The translations under genes were made by a program, and so were the position numbers. Under the pieces are notes generated by a model. It saw only the letters and a list, made by a program, of their open reading frames with translations. It had not been told where the DNA came from and made no database searches. From Macrostomum lignano (taxonomy: Eukaryota), in NCBI GenBank assembly GCA_002269645.1, contig NIVC01005138.1, positions 1-25,125 on the forward strand: DNA of 25,125 nucleotides, read 5' to 3'. Positions 11,906-23,105 of this stretch are shown here, piece by piece. Numbering within the stretch: the first letter of the stretch is position 1; each line of letters starts with the position of its first letter.

Positions 11906-13814
11906 CGGCATCATTCGGATCATCATTCATTCGGCGCGCGGACTTGTCAAGTTAAGCTCCTTGTTCCGCCACTGCACCTACGCTAGGTTTTATAGTAGAG
12001 AACTCATAGGCGCGAAAATTTACACAAGGCGCGAAAAATTGCATACCCCCACCCCGCGCCGAACACTGCCTCAGCGCTGGTTGTTTGACAATGTCGCTGA
12101 AGGCATTGCGTGAGGGTGCCCCGCAGCCCTCCTGCAAATGTTTATATCTACATCTATAACCTGACCGACCTGAAAGTTTGTATGACAAGCGCACCACTTC
12201 TGGTGTCAGAGTGCTAAGAGATGGATTGTGAATAATAAGTTGTGTGTGCCGTTCTTTGAGCTGGATATTTTTATTATGATGTTCAAACCAGACAGACAGC
12301 TTATGTATGCAAAGCATTGTATTTTTTTGCTTAGTTGCTCGCTTTTCGCTAATTAAATTTTCTCTTTCAATTATTTGTTATTCTTATTTTTCTCTGATAA
12401 AATGATTACAAAACAAGATTGCTCAAAGTTTTGTACCGAAATTAGTTAATAATGCTCTTTTCTGTGACTACTTTACTGTCTGGGAAGCTTAAGTAGTCTA
12501 TGGTGAGGATGCTTGCACCGGCTTTGAGTTATACCGAATGATTTTCCATCTGAAAATGCAATACGTATAGTATGAAGTTTACATGTAGTATTACTTTATC
12601 ACTGATATTGTAAGCTAATAGTGCCGTCTTTCAATAGTGACTGCAGCACCTGTAACCCAGACATGATCAATACCTGTGCACTTGTATGCATGTACGCAAA
12701 GTATTGTTCAAATTTGTTGCTACGAGCATACTGCTGCCTTATTAATACTGCTGCTGCTGTGACTTTCATTCAATTCAAATATATTGCGCAGTCAATGCTA
12801 TTATTAGTATTATTATTATTATAATGTCTTCACAAGATAATGATTAAATTGGAAGTTTCGAATTTTTTTAATATTACGCTCATATTAGCTAGTTGCCAGA
12901 ATGTTAGCGAATAATGATGTCTGTGAAGTTTAGGTACTGCCAGGAATCCCACACAATACCATAGATACTAGAGTAACTAGACGGGCCACTCAGCACATTT
13001 GCGTGCAAGCTACTCGTACTTTCAGTTCAAGTAGTAAGTTAAACAGAAAGCATTTTAATGTATTTTTAAAGCCAAGGCTCATTTATTGGCTCTTACCCAC
13101 CAGCTTAAACCCTCCAACCGCGCCTTTCCACACTACCCCCCGCCCCGCCCCAATTTTTATTGCCTTTCTCGGAATTCCAGCCTAAAAGCTGCCATGTACA
13201 TTTCAGTGGACTGGCTAATGTACATTACTGCAGAACCAATTAGCAAGTTGTTTACGCCTGCAAGATTGGGCTTCTAAACTTATCAAAGTCATTTCAGCTG
13301 CTTTTTTTTATATATTTTTCTTTGCTACTGAACTGAAAGTATCAGTCAATCTTTTTATTTACACACAACAGATAAAATTTCCAAAGGCAAACAAAACCTA
13401 CTGCCTAAAATACTATGATTTTTAACCAAACCTTGAAGATTTTCAGCATTGAAAATGATATAATGAAAATATTACGCGTATATAATGTACCCACGCTTCC
13501 AGTAAGCCTTGAAATCTCAGCATTCCCCCCGTCCGTAAGCGTTTCGCCAGGGTGCCCACAGCCCTCGTGCAAATATGCATTTATGCATGTGTTAAATAAC
13601 TATTTGATGCGCCTAAAACTGTATAAATTTCGAGGTGGAGCAGGCAAAACAAACAAAAAAGCATTTTACAAACTGTTAGATCTACCAACAAGCGTCTTAA
13701 AAAATCGATATTTCTATCTATATGGCTGTCAATAAAATATTGTAGTTAGCTATTGAAATCTAAGCTTTACTAGATTACCTTAATTATTGTCTCCCGTTCG
13801 CCCAACTCCAGGCA

Positions 13815-14478
13815 TTGTTACCCCCAATCTTGCGTCGCGTGCTGTTGAAACGGCGCTTATTGGCTCGCTGCTTGGCTCTGACCGCTCTGATTGGCTGCAT
13901 AATCTGGCTCGCTGGTAGCTTTCCCCAGCCTCCTCCTCCTCCTAGCCAATCGGAGACGCCGGCTGCCCAGGCGAAGGATGGGATGGTTGTTTCCAGTCTT
14001 ACCCCGGCAGCCAATCAGAATGGGCCGTCGCTGCCCAACTATCGTGTGCACATATTTTATTACGCCTGGTACGGCGAGCCCGGCACTGATGGCGCCTGGC
14101 TGCACTGGAATCACAGCCGCCTGCCGCACTGGAACGCTGAACGGGCGCGAAAATTTAGCCAAGCCGGCCATACGCCACCTGGCGACATTGGCGCCAATTT
14201 TACCCGGAACTGGGTCCCTATTCTAGCGCCAATATCAGTGTTGTACGCCGCCACTTTGCCCAGATCAGACGGTCGGGCGCTGGTACTGTGGTTGTGTCCT
14301 GGTATCCGCCCGGCATGGCGGATGGCAATGGTCGACCGGTTGATCGGCTGGTTCCAATGCTGCTGTCGGCTGCTCGGGAATTCCAATTGCGCTTGGCTCT
14401 GCATATTGAACCCTATGCGGGCAGGTCGCCTGCTAATCTGCGCCGTCATCTGCGCTACATAGCCGCTACTCATGCCAG
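13815..14478 (+). CDS. MANEA: Glycoprotein endo-alpha-1,2-mannosidase (GH99), exon 1; 1-nt frameshift at 14198-14201 and an irregular start (gcATTGtta)
   Basis: Signal anchor, then HIFYYAWYG..HWNH..PPGDIGANF/YPELGPYSS..SWYPP..HIEPY, collinear with human MANEA once one T is added to the T4 run. Donor AG|GTTTGT at 14478/14479. Confidence 0.9.
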
Positions 14479-14711
14479 GTTTGTAAATCAATATTATCTT
14501 ATACAGGTAACATGACCTATTTTCACCGGTTTCACCAGAGGATTCTGGATTGATGGGGCGGGCAGACAAGCGCGCCACTGCTTGCTGGGTGCTTGCTTCT
14601 GAATAGCAACATCTTTTTTAGTCATATTCTTGCATAGATTCCCTACTCACCTACTTAATATCGCCAGATCAGTAGTATAAAGCGCTAATGTTATTTATTT
14701 ATTGCATCCAG

Positions 14712-14984
14712 GCATCCGGCTTTCTATCGAGAACGGACCCGCGACGGTCGCTGGCTGCCGGTGCACTATATCTACGATAGCTATCGGATTCCGCGCAGTC
14801 TCTGGCGCCCGCTGCTACTTGGCGGCGGTCTCGGCGGATCTGCCAGCATCCGCGGCAAGTCAGAGGACGCCCTGATGTTCGGCTTGGCTATGTCGATTGG
14901 CGATTGTCAAACAATTAAAGAGAGCGGCTTCGATGGAGCGTATACTTATTTTGCTGCTGACGGCTTCACGCAGGCTTCTACTAG
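14712..14984 (+). CDS. MANEA: Endo-alpha-1,2-mannosidase, exon 2
   Basis: CCAG acceptor at 14711 (phase 2). HPAFYR..LPVHYIYDSY..SGFDGAYTYFAADGFT. Donor AG|GTTAGG at 14984/14985. Confidence 0.92.
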
Positions 14985-15108
14985 GTTAGGGTGTTGTGGA
15001 AAATGTTTTGCAGTCTAAATATTTGATTTATTTACTAAATCAAATGTGTCTATTCGGATTAGGGAGTTAAAATAGTTTCTAAAATGGCACAATGTCAGGG
15101 TATCCAGA

Positions 15109-15649
15109 GGGGCGGCATCAGGGGTGGCATCAGGGACGGCAGCAGGGCCGGCGGAGGGCCGGCATCAGGGCCGGCATCAGGGCCGGCATCAGGGCCGGCA
15201 TCAGGGGCGGCAGCAGGGGCGGCGGAGGGCCGGTATCAGGGGCGGCGGAGGGGCGGCATCAGGGCCGGCATCAGGGGCGGCGGAGGGCCGGCATCAGGGA
15301 AGGCATCAGGGGCGGCGGAGGGGCGGCATCAGGGCCGGCATCAGGGGCGGCAGCAGGGGCGGCGGAGGGCCGGCATCAGGGGTGGCATCAGGGGCGGCAG
15401 CAGGGGCGGCGGAGGGCCGGCATCAGGGCCGGCATCAGGGGCGGCAGCAGGGGCGGCGGAGGGCCGGCATCAGGGGCGGCGGAGGGGCGGCATCAGGGGT
15501 GGCATCAGGGGCGGCGGAGGGGCGGCATCAGGGGTGGCATCAGGGCCGGCATCAGGGGCGGCAGCAGGGGCGGCGGAGGGCCGGCAGCAGGGGCGGCGGA
15601 GGGGCGGCATCAGGGCCGGCATCAGGGGCTGCGGAGGGGCGGCCGCAGG
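15109..15649. repeat. G-rich intronic minisatellite of about 46 units of 11-12 nt in MANEA intron 2
   Basis: Cores GGCATCAGG, GGCAGCAGG and GGCGGAGG joined by 3-nt linkers (GCC, GGC, GGT). Confidence 0.95.
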
Positions 15650-15829
15650 AGCAACCTACAGCAGCTACATTTGCATTGTACATGTACTTCGTCTACTCCC
15701 AGCCTTTCATTGGCTAGCTGTGCACATTGAGTTGCATACTACTAGCAACAAATATGAAACAATATTTGCACAAATGCCAAAAAAGCTTAAATAATACGTG
15801 AATAGTCGTCTTAACTTGTCCAAAAACAG

Positions 15830-16178
15830 GTCGAACTGGGCCGCGATGAGCAGGCAGTGCTCAACCGCGGGAGTCGCATTCGCGCCCAGCATCGGGCCCG
15901 GTTACATCGATACGGCTGTGCGGCCCTGGAACGCCGAGAACACCAGGCAGCGCGAGGGCGGTCGCTACTACACTGATGGCCTTCGCACGGCCATCGCCGC
16001 CCGGCCGGTCTTCTTGAGCATCACCAGCTTCAACGAATGGCACGAGGGCACCCAGATTGAGCCGGCGGCGCCTCGGTACGGCTATCTGGACTATACGCCG
16101 CGCAAGCGGGACCACTATTTGGACCTCACTGCCCAGTACGCTGCTCTGTTTAAACCGGATACGAGTGCAGGCTTGTAA
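15830..16178 (+). CDS. MANEA: Endo-alpha-1,2-mannosidase, exon 3 (terminal, catalytic)
   Basis: ACAG acceptor at 15829 (phase 2). PSIGPGYIDTAVRPWN..SITSFNEWHEGTQIE with the GH99 catalytic EWHE intact. TAA stop. Confidence 0.93.
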
Positions 16179-18957
16179 ATATCTGTGTTTGAGTTACTGT
16201 ATGCAACCCTATTAGCGATCTTTAATGCGATCTAGTCTGATTTTAATAAAAACCTTTCCTGTTGATTCATATACGCAATTTGAAATTATATCAATATTAA
16301 TTTACATTTTATTATTTATATCAGCTTGCAACAACAACAAAATACACCCCGCGCCGGCCACGAGTGGTCGCCGAGGGGGGAGGTGTCAGAACACACGCTT
16401 TTGGGCTGCACTTTTCAAAAATCCAGCTTCTCCAGTCAGAGTCAGAACTGGGGACTCTCGCATCCCTCAGAGGCAGCTGGGGGAAGCGCGTCGTTTGCGT
16501 CGAAACGCAGAGCGCAGCATCGCAGAGTGCGCGGGTCCAGCTGCTTCTCCAGGGCATCCATCAGTGTCCATCAGCTTAAATGTGTTTTTTCCTACTTGCA
16601 AGAGGTCGTAGGTCAGTATCCGAAAATACATGTAGCTCGGTAACGACTCTCAAAGTGCGGATGGAGCCGATGTAGACCGCACCGAATGCGCGCCTGTCCT
16701 CGCTGGTTATCAAAAGCATCAGCAGCAGCAGCAGCAGCATTCCCCCCTCGACCTTGACGACGCGAACTCGGTCTGCCGTTTTCTCCGGAAGGTGGGGTGC
16801 CCTCAGGACCGCCCAGTCCCCGGCGTCGCGGGAGCTGTGTAGAAGAAGAAGCAGCATTTCCCGTACCAGCTGTGCAGTGTGTGGGCTTCGGTCTTCTGCA
16901 CCGATCTAGCAGCTATAGACAGCAAATTTTCACTGAAACGCTGCAGGTCGACTTGCTACAGTTTGCATTAGAAATTTCAATTAAAAAGAGATATCAAAAT
17001 ATGTAGAATTTGCCAGCATTATATAATCACGGAATGCACTATAGTTTAATGGTGTTTCTTGGCATTCACAACAAAAAATAAAAAACGTTAAAGTGACTTT
17101 ATATTATTATGACTCATTATCAATCTTCTACCAGTGTAATGCCCAGTCAGACAGGTGCCTGGATTTACAAGTAGCTTAAAAAGAACCTCAGAAAGAGTTT
17201 CTATTTGATTGCATAATTGAACCGTAGCGATCAATCAGATACATGTAATTTGGAGACAACTGCAGTTTTCATTAGAGACAATCTACGGAACGGTCAAAAG
17301 TTATTCGTTTTTTCAGCAGTTGTGATTATAAATATACTATATGGAGACTAAAATGCTTTATTCTTGAACTGCCCCCCCAGCTAGTCAGGTCAGCAATAGG
17401 TCATTGTATGGGTCATTCTCAAACACTTAGAGCTAGTATTTTTTATGCATTTGTTATTTGTAACTTGTATTAATTTCTCTGTAAAAACTCAAAAAATAAA
17501 GTATTATTGTTATATGATCAGCTTGAATTATAGCGACAGATATACGCAATGTACATTGCGTATGTTCCTCCTACTTAACTGAGGATTAAATTCATAAAAT
17601 ACTAAAGATAATACATTTAGGAAATAATTCTGATGTACCATGCAAACTCTACCATTACTAGGCTTGTCATCATGCACTGCCTTTAAAGATAGGGCTATAC
17701 ATACATTTATTCCCACCTGCTGCAGCAGTCTGTTGGGGGGGGATTTTGTTTAGTTGTCAAGTCAGGGCTGGGCTTGTGTGCATATATCCTGGCGACTTTA
17801 AGCGGGTGTCGCACAACTGGCGATAGAGGCGTTATCTGCAGATCTGTAGACGTCAACATGCAGATTCGATGATCATATTAGATACGTGCACAGTCATGCA
17901 TGTACGCACAGGGACTTTACACTGTGTGCCTTGTAAAGTCCCCAGTGTCCCCGCCGGGAAATTTGAGGGTTGTGTGACCTTTCTGTGTGAGCTCTTTAAG
18001 CGCACACATTAGAACTTTAATCAGGAATCATATGGCATGAATGACACGCAAGCTCACACAGAAAGCTCACGGTGCACGGCCGTCAAGTTTTCCAGACAGC
18101 TATGCGCCCCTGAAAATTTAGTAAAAATTTTGGTGTAACATAACAAAACATAAAAAATGCAGGCCTATTTTCGTCAAACCATGACTTTAAATGAATTAAT
18201 CAGCATTTTTTATGTTTAAGTTAAAAAAATTCGAACAAATAAGTCAATGTTATTATTTTTATATTTCTGCATATAATTCAAAGCTAAACATTGCTGAATA
18301 TATGCGCGCGAAGCTCTGGCAATTGGCAACCAACTACAACTGCTGTTCGCTCAAATTCACAGAACAAAAGCTTTTTACAAGCTTTAAGCTTTAGAAGATT
18401 TAATAAACCTATAATAAGATATATAAAAATCCAGGAATGAGATAAAGTAACATCTACGCACTGCTGACTGCTGCATTTGTTCAATAGTACAACTAGGCGT
18501 AACTAAGCGGGTCTACATCTAAACCTAAGTTGCCTGTTGCCTGACTAAGCTAACTAGGCTAGGTGCGGTAATTTAGGTCTAATGTATGACCGCATCATGT
18601 TAAGTTTTTTGTGAACAATATATATATTAAAATGCTAGTTTTACATGCTATGATAGCTATGATAGTAATCTGACACTTCTAGAATAGTATGAAAAATGTA
18701 TATTAGGATAGGAAGTAGGCCACTGTAGGGGTATTTTCGAGATTATCGAGATGTAAGATGTATACTTTCAAGATAATCAGGATTCAATCAAGATTCGAGA
18801 TTAAGCCTAATTAGCATCTAATATTTACACTATTCTATCTATTATTGCTAATATTTTTATTTGTTAAATGTGTAGGCCTAGTGTACAACAATAATGATAG
18901 AAGGAAAAACAATTATTATATAATATTGAACTTGCTAGTAACTTGATATATGTCAAA

Positions 18958-18985
18958 TATGAGGGTTGTTCGGAAAGTCCGCAAT
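18958..18985. mobile_element. Orphan mariner-type TIR stub
   Basis: TA-TGAGGGTTGTTCGGAAAGT resembles mariner ends (TACGAGGG..AAAGT) with a CpG>TpG change. It is cut off at the hAT end at 18990 and has no partner in the window. Confidence 0.45.
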
Positions 18986-18989
18986 CAAA

Positions 18990-20380
18990 TAGAGATGGAC
19001 CGAAAGCAGAATTTCAATCAAAATCGAAATCGAAATGTTTTAAGTATTATTGAATTATATAGTTTTTAGTATAATAAATTAAATTAACTTAACCTTCCGA
19101 TTAAATTTGTTATGTGGCTGAACACGTACTTAAATTTGAATGTTGAATTTTCCAGAAAAGAATTTCAAGGATCTTAAAGACTACATACAAGTAAAAGGCA
19201 AATTAGAGTATTCGTAATCTTAATTCGTCAAGGAATTGTTTAACATATTTAACAATTAAGATATACGAAACAACATTATGGCATTGAATCGATGAGTGTA
19301 TTATTAAACATTTGGTGGAAACCTATTGTTAGTACATAAATAAGAAAGTTTACATGTAAAAATAAGAAGGAATTGTACATGTAATGTAACTGTACATGTG
19401 CATGTAACTGCAGCATTGTCGTATGTACACGCGGTTATAATTGTAGCTATTGCACTGTAGTTATAATTCATGCATAAAAGAGTTTTTTGGTCGACAGTCT
19501 GAACTTGAAAGTGAAAGACACTTAATTGCTAAATTTCAATATTTAAATTTCCATCGACAAATAATAGCATTTGCGCCGTCTCCGGTGAAAGTCGATTTCT
19601 CTTTTCCGTAACGATGAGACTTTCTGCACTGAAGAGCCACTCTGAATCGGCGCTGGATGGCGGCACGCAAGGAACCTCCAAGCTACTTTGGCTAGTAGCG
19701 GATACTTAAAGCGGTTCACCGACCACCAGCGCAGCGTGTTGGCCATCTGCATTTTTGCGTCTCGAGGCCTGGACAGAGGCGCTTCACTAGTGTAGCGATG
19801 CAGCTCATCAGCTGCAGAAACTTGCGACTGGCACCTCAACTTGGGTCAGCTGTGCCCCCTATAGGAAAAAGTTGTAAATCCGCGGACGGCGTCCGGCGCA
19901 CTTTTGAAATTTTTCTAAAGCGCGGCGCGCGCACAGGCGCGCAGCGCCTGCGCGCGTGCGCGCGCTGCCTTTTCTTGCTGGCTGCTGCTCTAGCAAATAC
20001 ACATGGAAAGGGGTCATCTAATACCTCTGTGGAAGGGGCCTATACACTTATAATTTATAAAGCTTAGAGATGTTCCGAAATTTCAATTTGAATTTTCCAA
20101 AATTAGAATTTTTATTAGAGCAAATTTCAATTTCGAATAAAATTAGAAGTCAAAATTTGGAAGCTAAAATCGAAAAGTCAAAAATCGCTAAAAAAGCAGT
20201 AATTTCTGCTACATCTACGTGTATTTCATTTTGCATAAGCAGTAAATCGAATGTAAAAAGTGAGTATTGGTCATACTAAACTTTGTTTTTCTGCGTGTTG
20301 ATTTCGGAAAATTTCAATTTTGAGTTTGGAAAGTTAACGAATTTTGATTTCGAGGAAACTGCTCTTTCGGGACATCTCTA
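18990..20380 (-). mobile_element. Internally deleted hAT DNA transposon
   Basis: TIRs TAGAGATGGACCGAAAG (18990) and the reverse complement of 20364-20380, TAGAGATGTCCCGAAAG (15/17 match). Subterminal CGAAAT/AAAATCGA repeats and a third TIR copy at 20065. No matching 8-bp TSD. Confidence 0.7.
19529..19850 (-). pseudogene. hAT transposase C-terminal dimerization domain fragment
   Basis: DELHRYTSE..TLRWWSVNRFKYPLLAKVAWRFLA, then after frameshifting SSADSERLFS..KRNRLSPETAQMLLFVDGN. This is the hAT dimerization-domain pattern. Confidence 0.85.
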
Positions 20381-21169
20381 ATTATCCTAAAGCGCGGGAA
20401 AATAATTTGACTCTATTCTAAAGCGCGCGTCCGCGGGTTTTCAACATTTATTCCAATAGGGGCTGTGCCCCACAGGACCGGACCAATCGTCAAAGGCTTC
20501 AAGGTTGAAGGCACTATGATCAGCAGCAGAAAAAATGGCTGAGTAGCTCGGAGCATCAGCTATGACAGTCTCGACGCTGTCATCTGCTGGGCTGCTTTTG
20601 CCGGCTGCACAAAGAACTGCTTCGTGAGCACAAAGCACACTGGCCGGGTCTCCCTGGAATCCAAGGTCACGATTATCCAAGGTTAATCGCAAATAAATTT
20701 AATTTCTTTTTTTGAAAAAATGTATTTTGTCTACTAGCAGACAAAAAGCAATTGACAAAATGATTGTACACCCCCATGGTAAAGGCCTAACCTACACTAG
20801 AAAAAATACTAAAATCTTTTGTTTATGGTTGGTGCCATGTGCCTAAACTCAAAGCAGTTTTATGTAGCATAATATTTTAACCAATAAATTTCATATTGTA
20901 AAAATATAAAATGCATATATAGCTTTAAAAGAAATAAAATTTATATATTAAAGATAAAAATTTAAATTTAGATATAAAGACTTTAAAGAACTGCTTTTTC
21001 TAAGTTATAGTTTTTTATAAACTATAATTTGTAAATCTTAGTGAATTATTATTTGTTTTATATATTTTTGTTTTTTATTTTTGCTAGGTATGTTAAATTT
21101 TTGTTAAGTCTTAGTCTTGGGCTTCCTTGTTTAGGCTAGTTTAGACTTAAAGAATGCCATTTGCATATA

Positions 21170-23105
21170 ATCCAATACTCTAAAAATAATTAGCCCCTAT
21201 AAGGAAATATCCTTCTAAAGCAATTAGAAAAGTCAAAATGTCAAATTTACCCATGAAGCAATGAAACAACAACCAGACACACATTCCAATTTTCAACAAT
21301 GAATCTTTTACCAATGGGTATTTGGATACAAAAATAGGAGAAACTCTGTCTTACATGCAACACAAAACTTGAGCAGGAGTAATGTAGCCTCCGCCATATA
21401 CAATAACTTGGCCCAAGTGGGTGATAAGCTTGTCCTGTTCCTTTCAAAACATGGATTCTTCTGTCCATCTCAGACATTGTAGAGCCGCTTCTTTAACCAT
21501 TGCTAGGTCTTGAAAATGCACCTGGCATAGGCTGTTCTTGACATGGTTGTTCAGCCAGCAGTTGCACAAATTCAAATCAGGGGAGTAAAGTGGCTGATGA
21601 AAGGTCTTCACTTGTTGCTTTGCAAAGAAGTCAGGACAATGGATTCTATAGATTTGTAGTGGGTATCTCGGTCTTTGCAGAAATCTCTTGCACAATGATG
21701 TGTGGATCATCGCTAACAAGTGTTGTGTTGTGCACTTTTACAGTGCCTGTGTACCTGCCTCCCAGCCGGCTGAGTCACCCCTCAACTAGTTGTTTACAGT
21801 ACTTTTTGTTATTCCCCCCCTCTGCGTTGCCATAGCCAGAGGCTTAAGTTGGTATGAGTTTTGGCATTTGTTTGCTCACCCTGCGTGGCGATTGGTTGCA
21901 GCCAGCCAGTCACATAGTGATTGGCTGGGCCAGTGGCAGGCATGGTGCTGCGATCCCCTGGGGGGTTGGTGGGGTGGTGGAGTTGAGAGCGCGTGGCCCT
22001 CCCCCTCTGTGGGCGTGTGCTATTTAACATTGCTCGCGGCAGGTTGGAGTGGTGCGCGTCTTGACTGTCCTCTCTCTGTGAACTCGGCTTTTCGTCAGAG
22101 CTATATATAGCCCAAGTTACGATTGGACCCCTTGATAAAGAAATATACTGAAAAAGGCCATCTACCTAAGCCCTGAACAACAGCCGCCAGCTAAGTAAGT
22201 GCACGTCCTGTCTTCTTTCTTTTGGTTGCCTAGGGGGGCAGAGAGTCTGTGTGTCCAGATGCCAACTCAGCTAGTTGGGGTTGATATGTCAGAAGGATAC
22301 CTACCATATGCCTCTATGCCTCTACGCCAGCCAGTGCGTCCCAATGCCTCACTAAAGGCGGCCTGCACCACTGCGTCCCAACGTGTGGGAAGACTGCGTG
22401 GGTGCGTCCTGATGCCCCAGACTGTCAGGGGAAGTGCTCGCCCTAGTGCCTGCGCGCAGGCTTAGCAAGGACCTGATTGTACTGTACCCTGTAGGACCAC
22501 CCTACTGCTGGGCCGGGGGCTGCAGGGATACAACATCAAAATTTCCTGCGACCTGTCATCCCCACTTGCAAAAGCAGGCCAGCCACATCAGGCAGGTCTT
22601 CAAATGATGTCTGTCTTACAGATTTAAAGTCAGCCAGCCAGTTTTTGACAGTGGCATAGCATGGCGCCTGATCATTCCAAATCTGACTTAGCACACAGTA
22701 AATTTCAACAGCATTCTTGCTGTCCTGTGTAAGCAAAAAACCAGGCCTTCTCCTTATTGTGACTCATTTCAGTATTTCACAATCATTTCATCTATAGAAA
22801 AGTATAGCAGGCAACTCAGAAACAGAAAGACAACTACTAACTTTAGGCACCAGTAAAAATGCTTTTAAACCACGGCTCTGGTTAGAGTTTGTGACCATAG
22901 ATAACTAGGTTGAAGTACCCATTGCACTGCAGAAGCTAGGCTTAACATTCTGCCTGATAAACTCTTTTAAGTATTTGACTGAAAGCCCAAACTTTACGTA
23001 GCTGCTTGGCCCATATACATGTGCATGTGTATATTTTTTCATTCATTTATATACCACAGTTTAGAAGTTACTACAGGGGGCTAATTACTTTTGGAACACC
23101 ATATT
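21170..23105 (-). mobile_element. Degenerate mariner element: internally deleted transposase split by an insertion of about 815 bp
   Basis: N-terminal HTH ..QAPCYATVKNWLADFKS..SFED (22536-22760). Second HTH DDPHIIVQEISAKTEI, joined almost directly to PLYSPDLNLCNCWL..DKLI..VIVYGGGYI (21350-21720). Degenerate TIR cores TAATTAGCCCCT (about 21187) and AGGGGGCTAATTA (about 23075). Confidence 0.8.
21721..22535. mobile_element. LTR-like insertion with TGTTG..CAACA termini inside the mariner ORF
   Basis: The mariner reading stops and resumes at these boundaries. The 5-bp inverted termini are typical of BEL/Pao or gypsy LTRs, and there is a TATA-like CTATATATAG at about 22101. No clean TSD. Confidence 0.5.

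Noticed and set aside
13137-13150. GC box (CCCCGCCCC) as the MANEA promoter
   Set aside because: A single short motif about 670 bp upstream with no other support.
15084-15794. Three long Gly/Arg/Ala-rich ORFs listed as genes
   Set aside because: They are by-products of a stop-free minisatellite inside an intron whose flanking exons splice in frame without it.
17909-18112. hAT MITE with CAGGG..CCCTG ends
   Set aside because: Only 5 bp of terminal match, and the 8-bp flanks (TGTACGCA vs AAAATTTA) do not match.
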